The notes: generated by a model not told the origin, from the sequence alone. 56,251 bases of DNA from a bacterium (GCA_035370465.1 DAOOVW010000002.1:12939-69189), one strand, 5' to 3'; shown: positions 1-12,688, counted from the stretch's first letter. Translations and numbers: made by a program.

Positions 1-596
1 CAGAGAGAAATGCAGAGTTTTCTCTTAAAGTGATTGAAAAAAAAGACCCTGAAGAAAATGTAGGAATATTTGTAAATAAAAATGGAAAAAATGCAGTAAT
101 AGAATATATTGATTTCCCTGATGAGTTAAAAAAGAAAAAGGATAAAAACGGCAATTTAGTTTTTAATGCGGGAAGTATTGGTATTCACTATATATCTATT
201 GATTTTATTGAAAAATTAAATAAAATTGGTTTTCCTCTTCCATATCATAAAGCAATAAAAAAAATAAATTCAATTTATGGAGAAGTTGAGGGAATTAAAT
301 TTGAGACATTTATTTTTGATGCAATTCCATTTGCAGAAAGAGTTTCATGTGTATTAACAGATAGAGAAGAAGAATTTGCTCCTTTGAAAAATAAAGAAGG
401 AGTTGATTCTCCCGAAGAAGTAAAAAAAGCAATATCAAATCAGGGAAAAAAATATTTGAGATATGCAGGGATAAATGTCCCGGATGAAATATTAGTTGAA
501 ATCAGTCCGCTTTTTGCAATTGATAAAGAAGAAGTCAAAGAAAAAATACAAAAAATTAAAATAAACACAAAAGAAAAATTTATCTACCTTGAATAA
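1..596 (+). CDS. UDP-sugar / UDP-N-acetylhexosamine pyrophosphorylase family protein (UDPGP family), C-terminal part; 5' end outside the window
   Basis: The frame is open from base 3, with no stop before the listed GTG at 30, so the CDS runs off the left edge. NAGSIGIHYISIDF, FETFIFDAIPFA and EFAPLKNKEGVDSPE resemble the C-terminal half of eukaryote-type UDPGP nucleotidyltransferases. Confidence 0.55.
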   Translation, partial: ERNAEFSLKVIEKKDPEENVGIFVNKNGKNAVIEYIDFPDELKKKKDKNGNLVFNAGSIGIHYISIDFIEKLNKIGFPLPYHKAIKKINSIYGEVEGIKFETFIFDAIPFAERVSCVLTDREEEFAPLKNKEGVDSPEEVKKAISNQGKKYLRYAGINVPDEILVEISPLFAIDKEEVKEKIQKIKINTKEKFIYLE

Positions 597-621
597 TTGT
601 AAAAAGGGCAACTTTAAAAAA

Positions 622-1500
622 TTAAAGGGTCTTACCTTTTTGTCCCGTCTGTTTTTCTATTTCAAGTAATTTTTTCCCATATTCAAAACCATCAATAACA
701 GAAGGGTCATCACTCCTTATAGTCCTACTTTTAACTCTGTTTTTATTGTAAAAATCTCTCTCTTTAATAGTTTTTAAAAACCTGTTTTCAAAGTCGTCAA
801 AACTTTCTCCATAAATGTGATATGAATCAGAAATATCTGTATATTGTCCTACTTCAACTTTTTCCCCTGTTTTTTCTGATATTTTATCTGCAATATATTT
901 TTGTAGACATGTTAAACCAAAAATATTCATAAAAGCAGCCCTATATGCATCTCTTGAACGCCAATGACTGCTCATAATTAGATATTTTTTATTTTTAATA
1001 TTTAAAATTCTACACCATATTCTTTGTAAACAAGGTGGGTCATAGGTAAAAACATCATAAAAAGGAATCCATGTAATTGCCTGCGCCCTTCTTGAATAAT
1101 TACTTGTTGAAAGTTTTTCAATTATATATTCAATTTGATTTATTTTTTTATTATAATTTTCTTCTGGTAAATGGTAATTAAAAAGGCGGTCATGATATGT
1201 ATATGTCCACTTATTTTCTTTTGGGTCTATCCAATGGTCATGAATTCCATTAACAACTTCCTGTCTATATTTTTCAAGGTCTTCAAAACCACCAGGGAAA
1301 CCTAAATGAATTCTTGGTTCTGAAAATGGGTCTTTTATTACCATTATCATTGTACAATCTTTACTGGGTTGGTCATAATTCCTATCATATTCTGTTTTAA
1401 TTTCAATTCCTTTTTCCCAAACAGCAAGAACACTTTTTTCCCATACAGAAGAAATATTTGCTCCCTCAATTTTTATAACAGGTACCATATTTTCTCCCAT
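622..1500 (-). CDS. thyA: Thymidylate synthase family protein (divergent, archaeal-like ThyA)
   Basis: It aligns by eye to E. coli ThyA. SRRAQAITW matches SRRIIVSAW (Arg pair). PPCLQ matches APCHA (catalytic Cys). HWRSRDAYRAAFMNIFG matches YQRSCDVFLGLPFNIAS, with Asp and Asn at the same +8 spacing. SDSYHIY matches GDTHLY. Confidence 0.7.
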   Translation of the reverse strand: MGENMVPVIKIEGANISSVWEKSVLAVWEKGIEIKTEYDRNYDQPSKDCTMIMVIKDPFSEPRIHLGFPGGFEDLEKYRQEVVNGIHDHWIDPKENKWTYTYHDRLFNYHLPEENYNKKINQIEYIIEKLSTSNYSRRAQAITWIPFYDVFTYDPPCLQRIWCRILNIKNKKYLIMSSHWRSRDAYRAAFMNIFGLTCLQKYIADKISEKTGEKVEVGQYTDISDSYHIYGESFDDFENRFLKTIKERDFYNKNRVKSRTIRSDDPSVIDGFEYGKKLLEIEKQTGQKGKTL

Positions 1501-1542
1501 TTTATTCCTTATCTATTTAATGTCTTTTTACACAATAATTAC

Positions 1543-2235
1543 CTAATCTTGTCCAGTATATCCACACACTCCTTCTCTTGGTGAATTAACGACTGGTAGA
1601 AAATTTTCATATCCACCTTCACATTCGTGTTTTTCAGCACATTTCTTACAAAAATACCCTTTATTAAGGTCAATACAGTAGGGACATACCAATGTTGCTT
1701 TTGCTCCACAAATACAACATGTTTTTGAAGGCATCTCATTTCTTGCTATTAACTTAATTTTTTTAATTTTTTCCTTATAATTTAATGAACTTATAACTTT
1801 TAAAGAAAGATGTGTAGTAGAACCAAAATCATATAAATAGATAAATTCTAATCCTGTAGATAAAATTTTGCCTACTTGAATATCCATATACAACTCTTTA
1901 TGTTCTTCTGATGGTTCTATATCCATCCCATCTGAAAAAAATTCAAAATCCATAATTCTAAATAAACTTAAATGTCCACAACATTCAACCCAGATATTTC
2001 TTATAAAACTATCAAGGTCGGCAAGAGTGGAATTAAACGGAATTAAAATATGTAGCCAATAATCATATAAATGATGTCCTTCAATTATTAAATGAAATAG
2101 ACATGGTTTTTGAGAAACTGGCGTTTCAATAAATCCCCTTTTTATCAAGCAGGTTTTAAGATGATTTGTCATTTCTTTTTTGCTATAAATTTTACCACAT
2201 AAAAAACATTTTCCCTTTGATATTTCTCTTTTCAT
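1543..2235 (-). CDS. MM3350-like (pRiA4b ORF-3-like) domain protein with Cys-rich zinc-finger-like ends
   Basis: The central segment HLIIEG..YDYWLHILIP.NSTLADLDSFIRNIWVECCGHLSLFRI resembles the pRiA4b ORF-3-like family. The N-terminus has CFLCGK..H..C. The C-terminus has CCICG..CPYC..CKKC..HEC. Confidence 0.45.
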   Translation of the reverse strand: MKREISKGKCFLCGKIYSKKEMTNHLKTCLIKRGFIETPVSQKPCLFHLIIEGHHLYDYWLHILIPFNSTLADLDSFIRNIWVECCGHLSLFRIMDFEFFSDGMDIEPSEEHKELYMDIQVGKILSTGLEFIYLYDFGSTTHLSLKVISSLNYKEKIKKIKLIARNEMPSKTCCICGAKATLVCPYCIDLNKGYFCKKCAEKHECEGGYENFLPVVNSPREGVCGYTGQD

Positions 2236-2395
2236 ATTTTCCTCTTTTATAAAGAATTAATTTTTCTTAATAGAATATCAGGAGAATTTAATTTTAATAT
2301 TCTTGTTGTATTATAACATACTAAAATAAAAAATATCATAAAATTTTTCTTTTTGAGCTTTTCAATTAAATTATCGTATGAATATTTATTGATAA

Positions 2396-5310
<2,915 letters not shown>

Positions 5311-5395
5311 CCATATTGACAAATTTTTTTTATGATTTATTATATATAAAAAAGGTAACTATAAACATTAAAAAAATTATAAAAAGGAGGCAAAA

Positions 5396-5668
5396 GTGGC
5401 TGCATTAATTGGAGGTATTGTAGCGATTATTGTGGGAATTTTACTTGCAGGACCAGGACCTCTTGGGCAAGCAACTTTATGGTTTATTGGTGGTGGAATT
5501 GTTGTTTTTCTTGTATTGGGTGGAATAATAGCGATTGCTGCTGGAATAAGTGACATAAAAGATAAGATTGAAGAGGAAAAAGAAAAGAAAAAAGAAAAAG
5601 AGGAAAAGAAAGAGGAGGAGAAAAAAGAAGGAGAAATAGCATCTGGAAGTGAAGAGAAAAAAGAATAA
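5396..5668 (+). CDS. Small membrane protein with Lys/Glu-rich C-terminal tail
   Basis: GTG start 5 nt after AAAAGGAGG. There are two hydrophobic Gly-rich segments followed by a KEKKKEKEEKKEEEKKE tail. A strong terminator follows. Confidence 0.5.
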   Translation: MAALIGGIVAIIVGILLAGPGPLGQATLWFIGGGIVVFLVLGGIIAIAAGISDIKDKIEEEKEKKKEKEEKKEEEKKEGEIASGSEEKKE

Positions 5669-5685
5669 GTATAAAATAGAAATAT

Positions 5686-5720
5686 GCCCCGATTTGTTTT
5701 TTACAGATCGGGGCTTTTTT
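5686..5720 (+). terminator. Rho-independent terminator
   Basis: GCCCCGAT (5686-5693) pairs with ATCGGGGC (5707-5714), followed by TTTTTT (5715-5720), 18 nt after the stop of the upstream CDS. Confidence 0.75.
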
Positions 5721-5919
5721 ATAAGAATGTTCAGTTAATGTATTAGTTTAAAACAAAAGGTCAATATATAAAAAACATCACCTACACCAAAAAACTTAAT
5801 AAATTTGTTATTTTGCATAACAAGTTTTTAGAGGATAAAAAAAGGCCGGGGTGGAAGATAAATTTTAATTACAAAGAACAAAACAAATAGAATAATAAAG
5901 AAAAAGTTCTTCCACATTG

Positions 5920-5964
5920 GGTTGGTTGTACTATTGCAATACAATATTTCGCACCAACCTTTTT
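5920..5964 (+). terminator. Terminator-like hairpin in the leader of the SIS gene (possible attenuator)
   Basis: GGTTGGT (5920-5926) pairs with ACCAACC (5953-5959), then TTTTT (5960-5964). The loop contains the palindrome TATTGCAATA. It lies about 65 nt upstream of the 6032 start codon. Confidence 0.4.
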
Positions 5965-6031
5965 GAAATAAGTAAGTATTTTACTTCATAAAGAAAAACA
6001 AAAAAATTACTATTTGAAAAAAGGAGATGAA

Positions 6032-6793
6032 ATGAGTAAAAAGGAAATAAGAGAAAATTATTTAGAAAATGTTATTGGAAAATTAAAATCAGTTGAAAAA
6101 CACCAGGTAAATAATTTCCGTAAAGCAGGAGAAATGATTGCAGATGCTTATCAACAAGATAAATTAGTGCATGTTTACGGTGGTGGTGGGCATACATGTT
6201 TAATGGTATGCGAAATGTTTTTTCGTGCAGGTGGTTTAGCAAATATTAATCCAATTATGGGACATGATATATCACCATTTTGCCAAGCATTAAAATATTT
6301 AGAAGTAGAACGAACAACAGGTTATGGTAGATGTTTAATAAAGTATTATAGAGTTCAAAAAGATGATATTCTTATTATTTTTCATAACATAGGAGCAAAT
6401 CCAACAACAATAGATGCAGCAGACGAAGCAAAAATAATTGGTGCGAAAATTATTGCTGTTTCTTCAAATAACTGGCGAGAAAAATTACCAAAAAATCATC
6501 ATATCAGGCATCCTAATAAAAAGCATCTTTTTGATTATGCTGACCTTTGTATTGACGATGAAAATCCCTATGGTGATGCTGATTATTATATTGAAGGATT
6601 TAATGTGCCAATAGGTCCAACATCCACAATAATTGATGCCTATATTGCACATAGAATTGTAATAGAAACAGTAAAGTCCCTTATTTCACGAAAAATAGAG
6701 CCACCTATTTTTCGCAGTGCAAATCTTCCAGAAGGTGATGAGTATAATTCTAAATTAATTGAAAGATATCGTAATAGAGTTAAGGATTTATAA
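6032..6793 (+). CDS. SIS domain protein, UPF0309 family
   Basis: VHVYGGGGHTCLMVCEMFFRAGGLANINPI, DILIIFHNIGANPTTIDAADEAK..GAKIIAVSS, GPTSTIID and PPIFRSANLPEGDEYN follow the UPF0309/SIS pattern. I prefer the ATG at 6032 (AAAGGAG 5 nt upstream) over the listed TTG at 6014. Confidence 0.75.
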   Translation: MSKKEIRENYLENVIGKLKSVEKHQVNNFRKAGEMIADAYQQDKLVHVYGGGGHTCLMVCEMFFRAGGLANINPIMGHDISPFCQALKYLEVERTTGYGRCLIKYYRVQKDDILIIFHNIGANPTTIDAADEAKIIGAKIIAVSSNNWREKLPKNHHIRHPNKKHLFDYADLCIDDENPYGDADYYIEGFNVPIGPTSTIIDAYIAHRIVIETVKSLISRKIEPPIFRSANLPEGDEYNSKLIERYRNRVKDL

Positions 6794-6816
6794 TTACAAA
6801 AAAATAAGGATAAAAA

Positions 6817-8064
6817 ATGCAAAAAAATATAGAAAAAAATAAAAATAGTAAAACTCCTGCACAAAAATTTTTGGATTTAATTCGTAAAGATATTATAGAA
6901 ATTCAAAATGATAAAGAGAGATTGATAGAAATGGCTGAAGAGATGTCAGATTCACTTTTAAAGGGAGGGAATATTTTTGCTCCACCTGTAAATAAAGCAT
7001 GGACATCAGAATTTAGTGGAAGAGCAGGAGGATTGATGTGTCTTAAAGGAAAGGCAAATCACTCAAAGGATATAGCGTTTTTTGCATTACCTGACCCTCG
7101 CAATTGGGAGCCTCAAAAAGATAAAGTGCTAAAAACATTACTGAAAGGTAAAGCAAAACTTTTCGTAATAGGAAGAAAAGAAGATTTAGGAGATATAAAA
7201 ATAAATAGGCAGTTCGCTGGTTTTACAGGTGGTGTTAGAGCAGATATAGGAATGTATAGATACAAAAACTTTAATCCTTTTGCTTCAACAAGAGAGTTTA
7301 AAATTTTTGTTAGAGGATGGATAACAACAGGTGAGATGATATGCGCATGTATTCGTAAAGGGAAAATGCCAATTATCTATATGAGTGTCTGGTTTGAAGG
7401 AGCAATACCTCGCAATAGTAGTTTTACATATACTGATTTTTCAAATTATTATGAACCATCTTTAACCAAACCAATTGTTCCTTTAGAAGTTTTTCATAAA
7501 AATCGTTATATTCCTCCTTTACCACCAGGATATGCTACTACTGAATTTCTCCAAATAGTAAAAATGTTAATTGATAAAATTGATAATCAAGCAGATCAAA
7601 TTTCCAGAATAGGACAATGTCTTGCAGAAGCAAAACAAAAGGGAAAAAAAATTCATGTTGTTGCTGCTGGACATTGCTATCCAGGAATATTAGAATTACC
7701 AGATGATAATTCATATCCTTTAACATGGGGAGTTTCAAGAGCAGATTTAAAATATGCTGTTCCTTCTGATTTAAAAGATGGTGATGTAGCATTACATTTT
7801 GGTTATGGTCCAACAAGTATTTCTGATGCAAAAAAAATTCTGAAACGAGGAGTGAAACTAATTCATACATCTCCATATGGTCGGCGAATAGGTATACCAG
7901 AAAATGAAAATTTTTTATGGTTTGACCTCCCATGGAGACCTGGCGATGCTGTCATTGATATACCAGGATACAGTGTCCGTATGTTACCAAGTAGTAGTAC
8001 TGCACACTCAATTGCTTATAATGCAATTCTTTGTGAAATGGCAGAAGTAATGGGATGGCAGTAA
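6817..8064 (+). CDS. Hypothetical protein with two degenerate UPF0309/SIS-like halves
   Basis: The N-half EFSGRAGGLMCL echoes FFRAGGLANI of the upstream gene. The C-half KKIHVVAAGHCYPGILE echoes KLVHVYGGGGHTCLMV. AAGGA lies before the ATG. Confidence 0.45.
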   Translation: MQKNIEKNKNSKTPAQKFLDLIRKDIIEIQNDKERLIEMAEEMSDSLLKGGNIFAPPVNKAWTSEFSGRAGGLMCLKGKANHSKDIAFFALPDPRNWEPQKDKVLKTLLKGKAKLFVIGRKEDLGDIKINRQFAGFTGGVRADIGMYRYKNFNPFASTREFKIFVRGWITTGEMICACIRKGKMPIIYMSVWFEGAIPRNSSFTYTDFSNYYEPSLTKPIVPLEVFHKNRYIPPLPPGYATTEFLQIVKMLIDKIDNQADQISRIGQCLAEAKQKGKKIHVVAAGHCYPGILELPDDNSYPLTWGVSRADLKYAVPSDLKDGDVALHFGYGPTSISDAKKILKRGVKLIHTSPYGRRIGIPENENFLWFDLPWRPGDAVIDIPGYSVRMLPSSSTAHSIAYNAILCEMAEVMGWQ

Positions 8065-8114
8065 TATATAGTAATTTAATATTAAGAAATTTTTAGATAT
8101 TGTAATAAAACTAA

Positions 8115-10571
8115 CTATTTTAATACTATATTAAATATTTTCCCTTTTACATATACTTTCTTTATAATTTCTTTGTTTTCAACCCACTTAGAAAATTTTT
8201 TATCGTTAATAATTTTTTCAAAAAGTTCTTTTTCATCTATTACTGTTGGAACATTTATTGTTCCCCTTAATTTTCCATTTATTTGAACAGGGACTGTAAT
8301 TATATCTTCCTTTTCTGTTGTTTCTTTATATTCAGGCCATTTTTGATAATAAATAAATTCTTTTTCACCGTTTCTTTCCCATAATTCTTCGCTTATATGA
8401 GGGGCAAATGGCGAAATAATCTTTATAAAATTTTTCCATGTCTCTACAATTATTTTTTTAGAAGCACTTTTTTCTGATATTATTTTGCTGAAAAAATTTA
8501 AAAACTCCATTATTTTTGCAATTCCCGTATTGAAATGGAAATCATTTTCAATATCTTCTGTCACTCCTTTTATTGTTTTATTTATTGCAATTTCTACTTC
8601 ATTGTTTTTTTCATTTTTCTCACCTTCATAATTTTTAATTTCATTGTTTATCCTCCAAACTCTGTTGATAAATCTCCAGCATCCTTCGATTCCTTTTTCA
8701 CTCCATTCTAAGTCAAGTTCAGGAGGTGCAGCAAAAAGTATAAATAATCTTAAAGTATCAACTCCATATTTTTTAATAATATCTGTTGGGTCAACAACAT
8801 TTCCTTTTGATTTTGACATTTTACTTCCATCTTTAACAACCATTCCCTGGCAGAGTAAATTTTCAAATGGTTCCTCAAAATTAATATATCCAATGTCTTT
8901 TAAAACCTTCACAAAAAATCTACTATAAAGAAGATGTAAAATAGCATGTTCTATCCCACCAATATATTGGTCTACCGGCATCCAGTAATTTACTTCCTCT
9001 TTATCAAATGGTTTATCTTCTATTTTTTCGGAAGCATATCTTAAAAAATACCAGGAAGAATCAACAAAAGTGTCCATTGTATCTGTTTCCCTTTCACTTT
9101 CTTGCCCACAAATAGGACACTTACATTTTACAAATTCAGGAATATTTTTTAGTGGTGATTCTCCCTTTCCCGTAATTTCAATATTTTCTGGTAATTTAAC
9201 AGGAAGTTGTTCTTCTGGAACAGAAACAGTTCCACATTTTTTACAGTATATTATTGGAATTGGAGTTCCCCAGTATCTTTGTCTTGAAATACACCAGTCC
9301 CTTAATTTATAGTTTACTGTTTTTTTCCCTTTCCCTTTATTTTTAAGAAATTCTATTATTTTTTCTTTTGCTTTTTCACTTTCCTGTCCATCAAATGTTC
9401 CAGAATTAACCAATATCCCTTCTCCTTCATATGCATTTTCTAAATTTTCTGGTAAATTTTGCCAATCAGGGTTTTTTATAACAATTTTAATTGGGATATT
9501 ATATTTTTTTGCGAACTCAAAATCTCTCTCATCATGAGCAGGTACTGCCATAATTGCTCCTGTTCCATATTCCATTAAAACATAATTTCCCAGCCAGATA
9601 GGAATTTTCTCTCCATTAACAGGGTTAATTCCATAAATTTCTGTATCAATTCCTTCTTTTTCTGTTTTTGAGGCATCAATAACTTTTATTCTCTGTTTCT
9701 TTGTTCTTTCTACAAAATTTTGTATTTCACTACTATTTTTTGATTTTTGAATTAATTTTTTAACCACAGGGTGAAAAGGAGAAACAACAAGGTAAGTGCA
9801 ACCAAATAATGTGTCAGGTCTTGTTGTAAAAATAGTTAAATTTTCACCTAATTGAGGTATATCAAATTCAACTTCACCGCCAGTGCTTTTTCCTATCCAA
9901 TTTTTCTGCATTGTAATTACTCTCTCAGGCCAGTTTTTTATCCCAGAAAAATCAAGCAATCTTTCAGCATAATCAGTAATCTTTATAAACCATTGTTCAA
10001 AATTTTTCTGTTCAACTAAACTACCACATCTCCAACATTTATCATCCACTACCTGTTCATTTGCAAGAACTGTCTGACATGATGGACACCAATTAGCAGG
10101 TGCCTGTTTTTTATATGCTAAATTTCTCTTAAAAAATTGGATAAAAAAATATTGATTCCATTTATAATATTCAGGAGAACATGTTATTACTTCTCTTTCC
10201 CAGCAGTATGAAATACCAAGTTTTTTCAATTGTTGTCTGATAGTATTAATATTTTTATATGTCCATTCCCATGGTTGAATTTTGTGTTTTATTGCAGCAT
10301 TTTCAGCAGGTAGACCAAAAGCATCATATCCAATCGGATGCAATATATTAAATCCATTCATAACTTTATATCTTGCAACTACATCCCCAATTGTATAGTT
10401 TCTAACATGTCCCATATGAATCTGGGCAGAAGTGTATGGAAACATTTCAAGAATATAAAATTTTTTATTATCCTTTTGGAATTTTGCCTTAAATAAATTA
10501 TTTTCTTCCCATTTTCTTTGCCATTTTTCCTCAATATTTTCATAGTCATATTTTTCCATATTTTTCTCCAA
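8115..10571 (-). CDS. leuS: Leucine--tRNA ligase
   Basis: 818 aa. HIGH motif (AQIHMGHVRNY), KMSKS motif (GSKMSKSKGN), CP1 editing domain and zinc-binding Cys pairs. Confidence 0.97.
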   Translation of the reverse strand: MEKNMEKYDYENIEEKWQRKWEENNLFKAKFQKDNKKFYILEMFPYTSAQIHMGHVRNYTIGDVVARYKVMNGFNILHPIGYDAFGLPAENAAIKHKIQPWEWTYKNINTIRQQLKKLGISYCWEREVITCSPEYYKWNQYFFIQFFKRNLAYKKQAPANWCPSCQTVLANEQVVDDKCWRCGSLVEQKNFEQWFIKITDYAERLLDFSGIKNWPERVITMQKNWIGKSTGGEVEFDIPQLGENLTIFTTRPDTLFGCTYLVVSPFHPVVKKLIQKSKNSSEIQNFVERTKKQRIKVIDASKTEKEGIDTEIYGINPVNGEKIPIWLGNYVLMEYGTGAIMAVPAHDERDFEFAKKYNIPIKIVIKNPDWQNLPENLENAYEGEGILVNSGTFDGQESEKAKEKIIEFLKNKGKGKKTVNYKLRDWCISRQRYWGTPIPIIYCKKCGTVSVPEEQLPVKLPENIEITGKGESPLKNIPEFVKCKCPICGQESERETDTMDTFVDSSWYFLRYASEKIEDKPFDKEEVNYWMPVDQYIGGIEHAILHLLYSRFFVKVLKDIGYINFEEPFENLLCQGMVVKDGSKMSKSKGNVVDPTDIIKKYGVDTLRLFILFAAPPELDLEWSEKGIEGCWRFINRVWRINNEIKNYEGEKNEKNNEVEIAINKTIKGVTEDIENDFHFNTGIAKIMEFLNFFSKIISEKSASKKIIVETWKNFIKIISPFAPHISEELWERNGEKEFIYYQKWPEYKETTEKEDIITVPVQINGKLRGTINVPTVIDEKELFEKIINDKKFSKWVENKEIIKKVYVKGKIFNIVLK

Positions 10572-10729
10572 TTCTCACTCACAGCATTTTGAAGTTTTTG
10601 TTTTGAATATTATGTATTATTTATATGTTAATAGAATATAACCCAAATTACTATTTTTTTCAATTTATTTTACATTTATTACATAAAAGGTATAATAAAA
10701 AAAATTTAAAGCCAAAAAAGGAGGGTATT

Positions 10730-11533
10730 GTGAAAATTGCAATTCAAATAGGACTCTTGCCGGGGAATACTCTTGAAGAAAAATTTTATAAAGCAAAAGA
10801 GATTGGATTTGAGGGTATTGAAGTATATGGAAGGGATTTACTTAATGATGAAAAAATTGTTGAGAAATATAAAAATTTGTCAAAGGAAATGGGTATCCAA
10901 ATTTCTTCTATATGTGCCGGCTATAGAAAATTTCTTCTTGACCCAACACATGAGGAAAGACAACAATCAAGAAACGAAATAAAAAAATTGTTAGAATTTG
11001 GAAATTACCTTGGAGTTGTTGGGCTTATTCTTGTTCCAGTTTTTGGTTCACCTAAAATAACTGACCTATCTCCATACAAAAATGCATTTGAACTTGAAAA
11101 AGAACTTTTAATTTCTCAATTACCAGAATTAGTAGAAAAGGCAGAAAAAGAAAAATGTGCGCTTTTACTTGAACCACTTAATAGATATGAGACACATTTT
11201 ATGAATCGTATTGAACAGGGAATTGAATTATGCAAAAGAATTAAAAGTGAATATTTAAAAACAATGGCTGATTTTTTTCATATGAGTATTGAAGAAGTTG
11301 ATATAGCAAGGGCAATTAAAAAAGGTGGAAAACTTATTTCACATGTCCATTTAGCAGATAGTAATAGAATTTTGCCGGGGATGGGACATACTGACTTCAA
11401 AAAAGGGTTTAAGGCATTGAAGAAAATTGGATATGATAAATTCTTGGCACTTGAATGCGGAGTTCCTGAACCAAAAAAAGAAAATTTGGACAGATGTTTC
11501 CATTATTTAAAAAATATAATTGAAACTATATAA
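10730..11533 (+). CDS. Sugar phosphate isomerase/epimerase (xylose isomerase-like TIM barrel; IolE/IolI-like)
   Basis: GFEGIEV, LLEPLNRYETHF, HVHLADSNR.LPG.G and LECG are typical of the AP_endonuc_2 TIM-barrel family. I prefer the GTG at 10730 (in frame, preceded by AAAAGGAGGG) over the listed 10625 start, whose 35-aa extension looks like non-coding AT-rich sequence. Confidence 0.8.
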   Translation: MKIAIQIGLLPGNTLEEKFYKAKEIGFEGIEVYGRDLLNDEKIVEKYKNLSKEMGIQISSICAGYRKFLLDPTHEERQQSRNEIKKLLEFGNYLGVVGLILVPVFGSPKITDLSPYKNAFELEKELLISQLPELVEKAEKEKCALLLEPLNRYETHFMNRIEQGIELCKRIKSEYLKTMADFFHMSIEEVDIARAIKKGGKLISHVHLADSNRILPGMGHTDFKKGFKALKKIGYDKFLALECGVPEPKKENLDRCFHYLKNIIETI

Positions 11534-11547
11534 AAAAGGAGAAAAAA

Positions 11548-12618
11548 ATGAAAAAATTAAAGGTTGGTATAATTGGGACTGGTGGTATTGCTCAGGTTTC
11601 TCATATTCCTAACTTTCAGAAAATTGAAGATGTAGAGGTTAGTGCAATTTCAGATATAAATAAGGAAAAATTAAATTATGTAGCAGAAAAATTTAATATC
11701 CCAAAAACATTTACAGACTGGGAGAAGATGCTTGAAGAAGATATTGATGCTGTTGTTATTTGTTCACCTAATTCTTTCCATTCAATTCAGTCAATTAAAG
11801 CAATGGAAAAAGGAAAACATGTTTTATGTGAAAAGCCAATATGTTTAAGTGTGGAAGAAGCAGAGAAAATTTTTGATACTGTTGATAAAACAGGAAAAGT
11901 TTTTATGGGCGCTTTCCCAAGAAGATTTTTAGGAGAAACAATTGTCTTGAAAAAAATGATTGATAATGGGGACTTTGGTGAGATTTATTATTTAAAAGCA
12001 AGTTATTTAAGAAGGAGAGGTATTCCTGGACTTGGAACATGGTTCACAAATAAAAAACTTGCTGGTGGTGGTCCTATGATGGATGTTGGGGTTCATGTGA
12101 TTGATATGGTTCTTTATCTTGCTAATTTAACTGACCCGAAAATTATTATTGGGACAACATTTGAGAAATTTAAAGATAAAGCAGTAGATGGTGGTTGGCC
12201 TCCAATTGAAACAAGAAAAGGAGAAAAGGTAACTAATAAAATGGATGTAGAAGACCTATCTTGTGGTTTTGTTAAATTTTCAAATGGAGCAACACTTTTT
12301 GTAGAAGCAAGTTGGGCGGGAAATTCAGAAACGGGACTGAAAGCAAGTTTGTTTGGCACAAAAAATGGTGCACAATTGCCTGACCCTGAAAATAAAGAAA
12401 ATCCGGTAAGAATATATTCTGAAATTGATGGAATTATTTCTGATATTACTCCTCAAATACCAATATTAGACCCATATCTTGAAGAGGCAAAACATTTTAT
12501 TGAATGCATAAAAGAAAATAAATCCCCTATTACTAAAAAGGAAGAAATAATAAGTGTTGTTAAAATAATTGAAGGTATTTATAAGTCATCTGAAACAGGT
12601 AAGGCAATAATTTATTAA
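11548..12618 (+). CDS. Gfo/Idh/MocA family oxidoreductase
   Basis: N-terminal Rossmann segment VGIIGTGGIA, then the EKP motif (HVLCEKP) and a C-terminal alpha/beta domain. Confidence 0.9.
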   Translation: MKKLKVGIIGTGGIAQVSHIPNFQKIEDVEVSAISDINKEKLNYVAEKFNIPKTFTDWEKMLEEDIDAVVICSPNSFHSIQSIKAMEKGKHVLCEKPICLSVEEAEKIFDTVDKTGKVFMGAFPRRFLGETIVLKKMIDNGDFGEIYYLKASYLRRRGIPGLGTWFTNKKLAGGGPMMDVGVHVIDMVLYLANLTDPKIIIGTTFEKFKDKAVDGGWPPIETRKGEKVTNKMDVEDLSCGFVKFSNGATLFVEASWAGNSETGLKASLFGTKNGAQLPDPENKENPVRIYSEIDGIISDITPQIPILDPYLEEAKHFIECIKENKSPITKKEEIISVVKIIEGIYKSSETGKAIIY

Positions 12619-12688
12619 ATATCAGATGGCTTTTTAACTTTTTATTAAACACAATTCTCTTCTTTTACTGAAAATTGTTTTTTTTTAA

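Noticed and set aside
1369-1739. ORFs 1369..1584 (+) and 1539..1739 (-)
   Set aside because: The first is antisense to thyA. The second is an alternative frame inside the better-supported 1543..2235 ORF.
5575-5665. Purine-rich GAA/AAG repetitive tract
   Set aside because: It encodes the Lys/Glu-rich tail of the small membrane protein in frame. It is coding low complexity, not a regulatory or satellite repeat.
10572-10729. T-box or other leader upstream of leuS, and the listed 10625 start of the TIM-barrel gene
   Set aside because: The divergent spacer is only about 160 nt, and I saw no T-box consensus or specifier-type stem. The 35-aa N-terminal extension from 10625 is AT-rich junk preceding a good RBS and a GTG at 10730.
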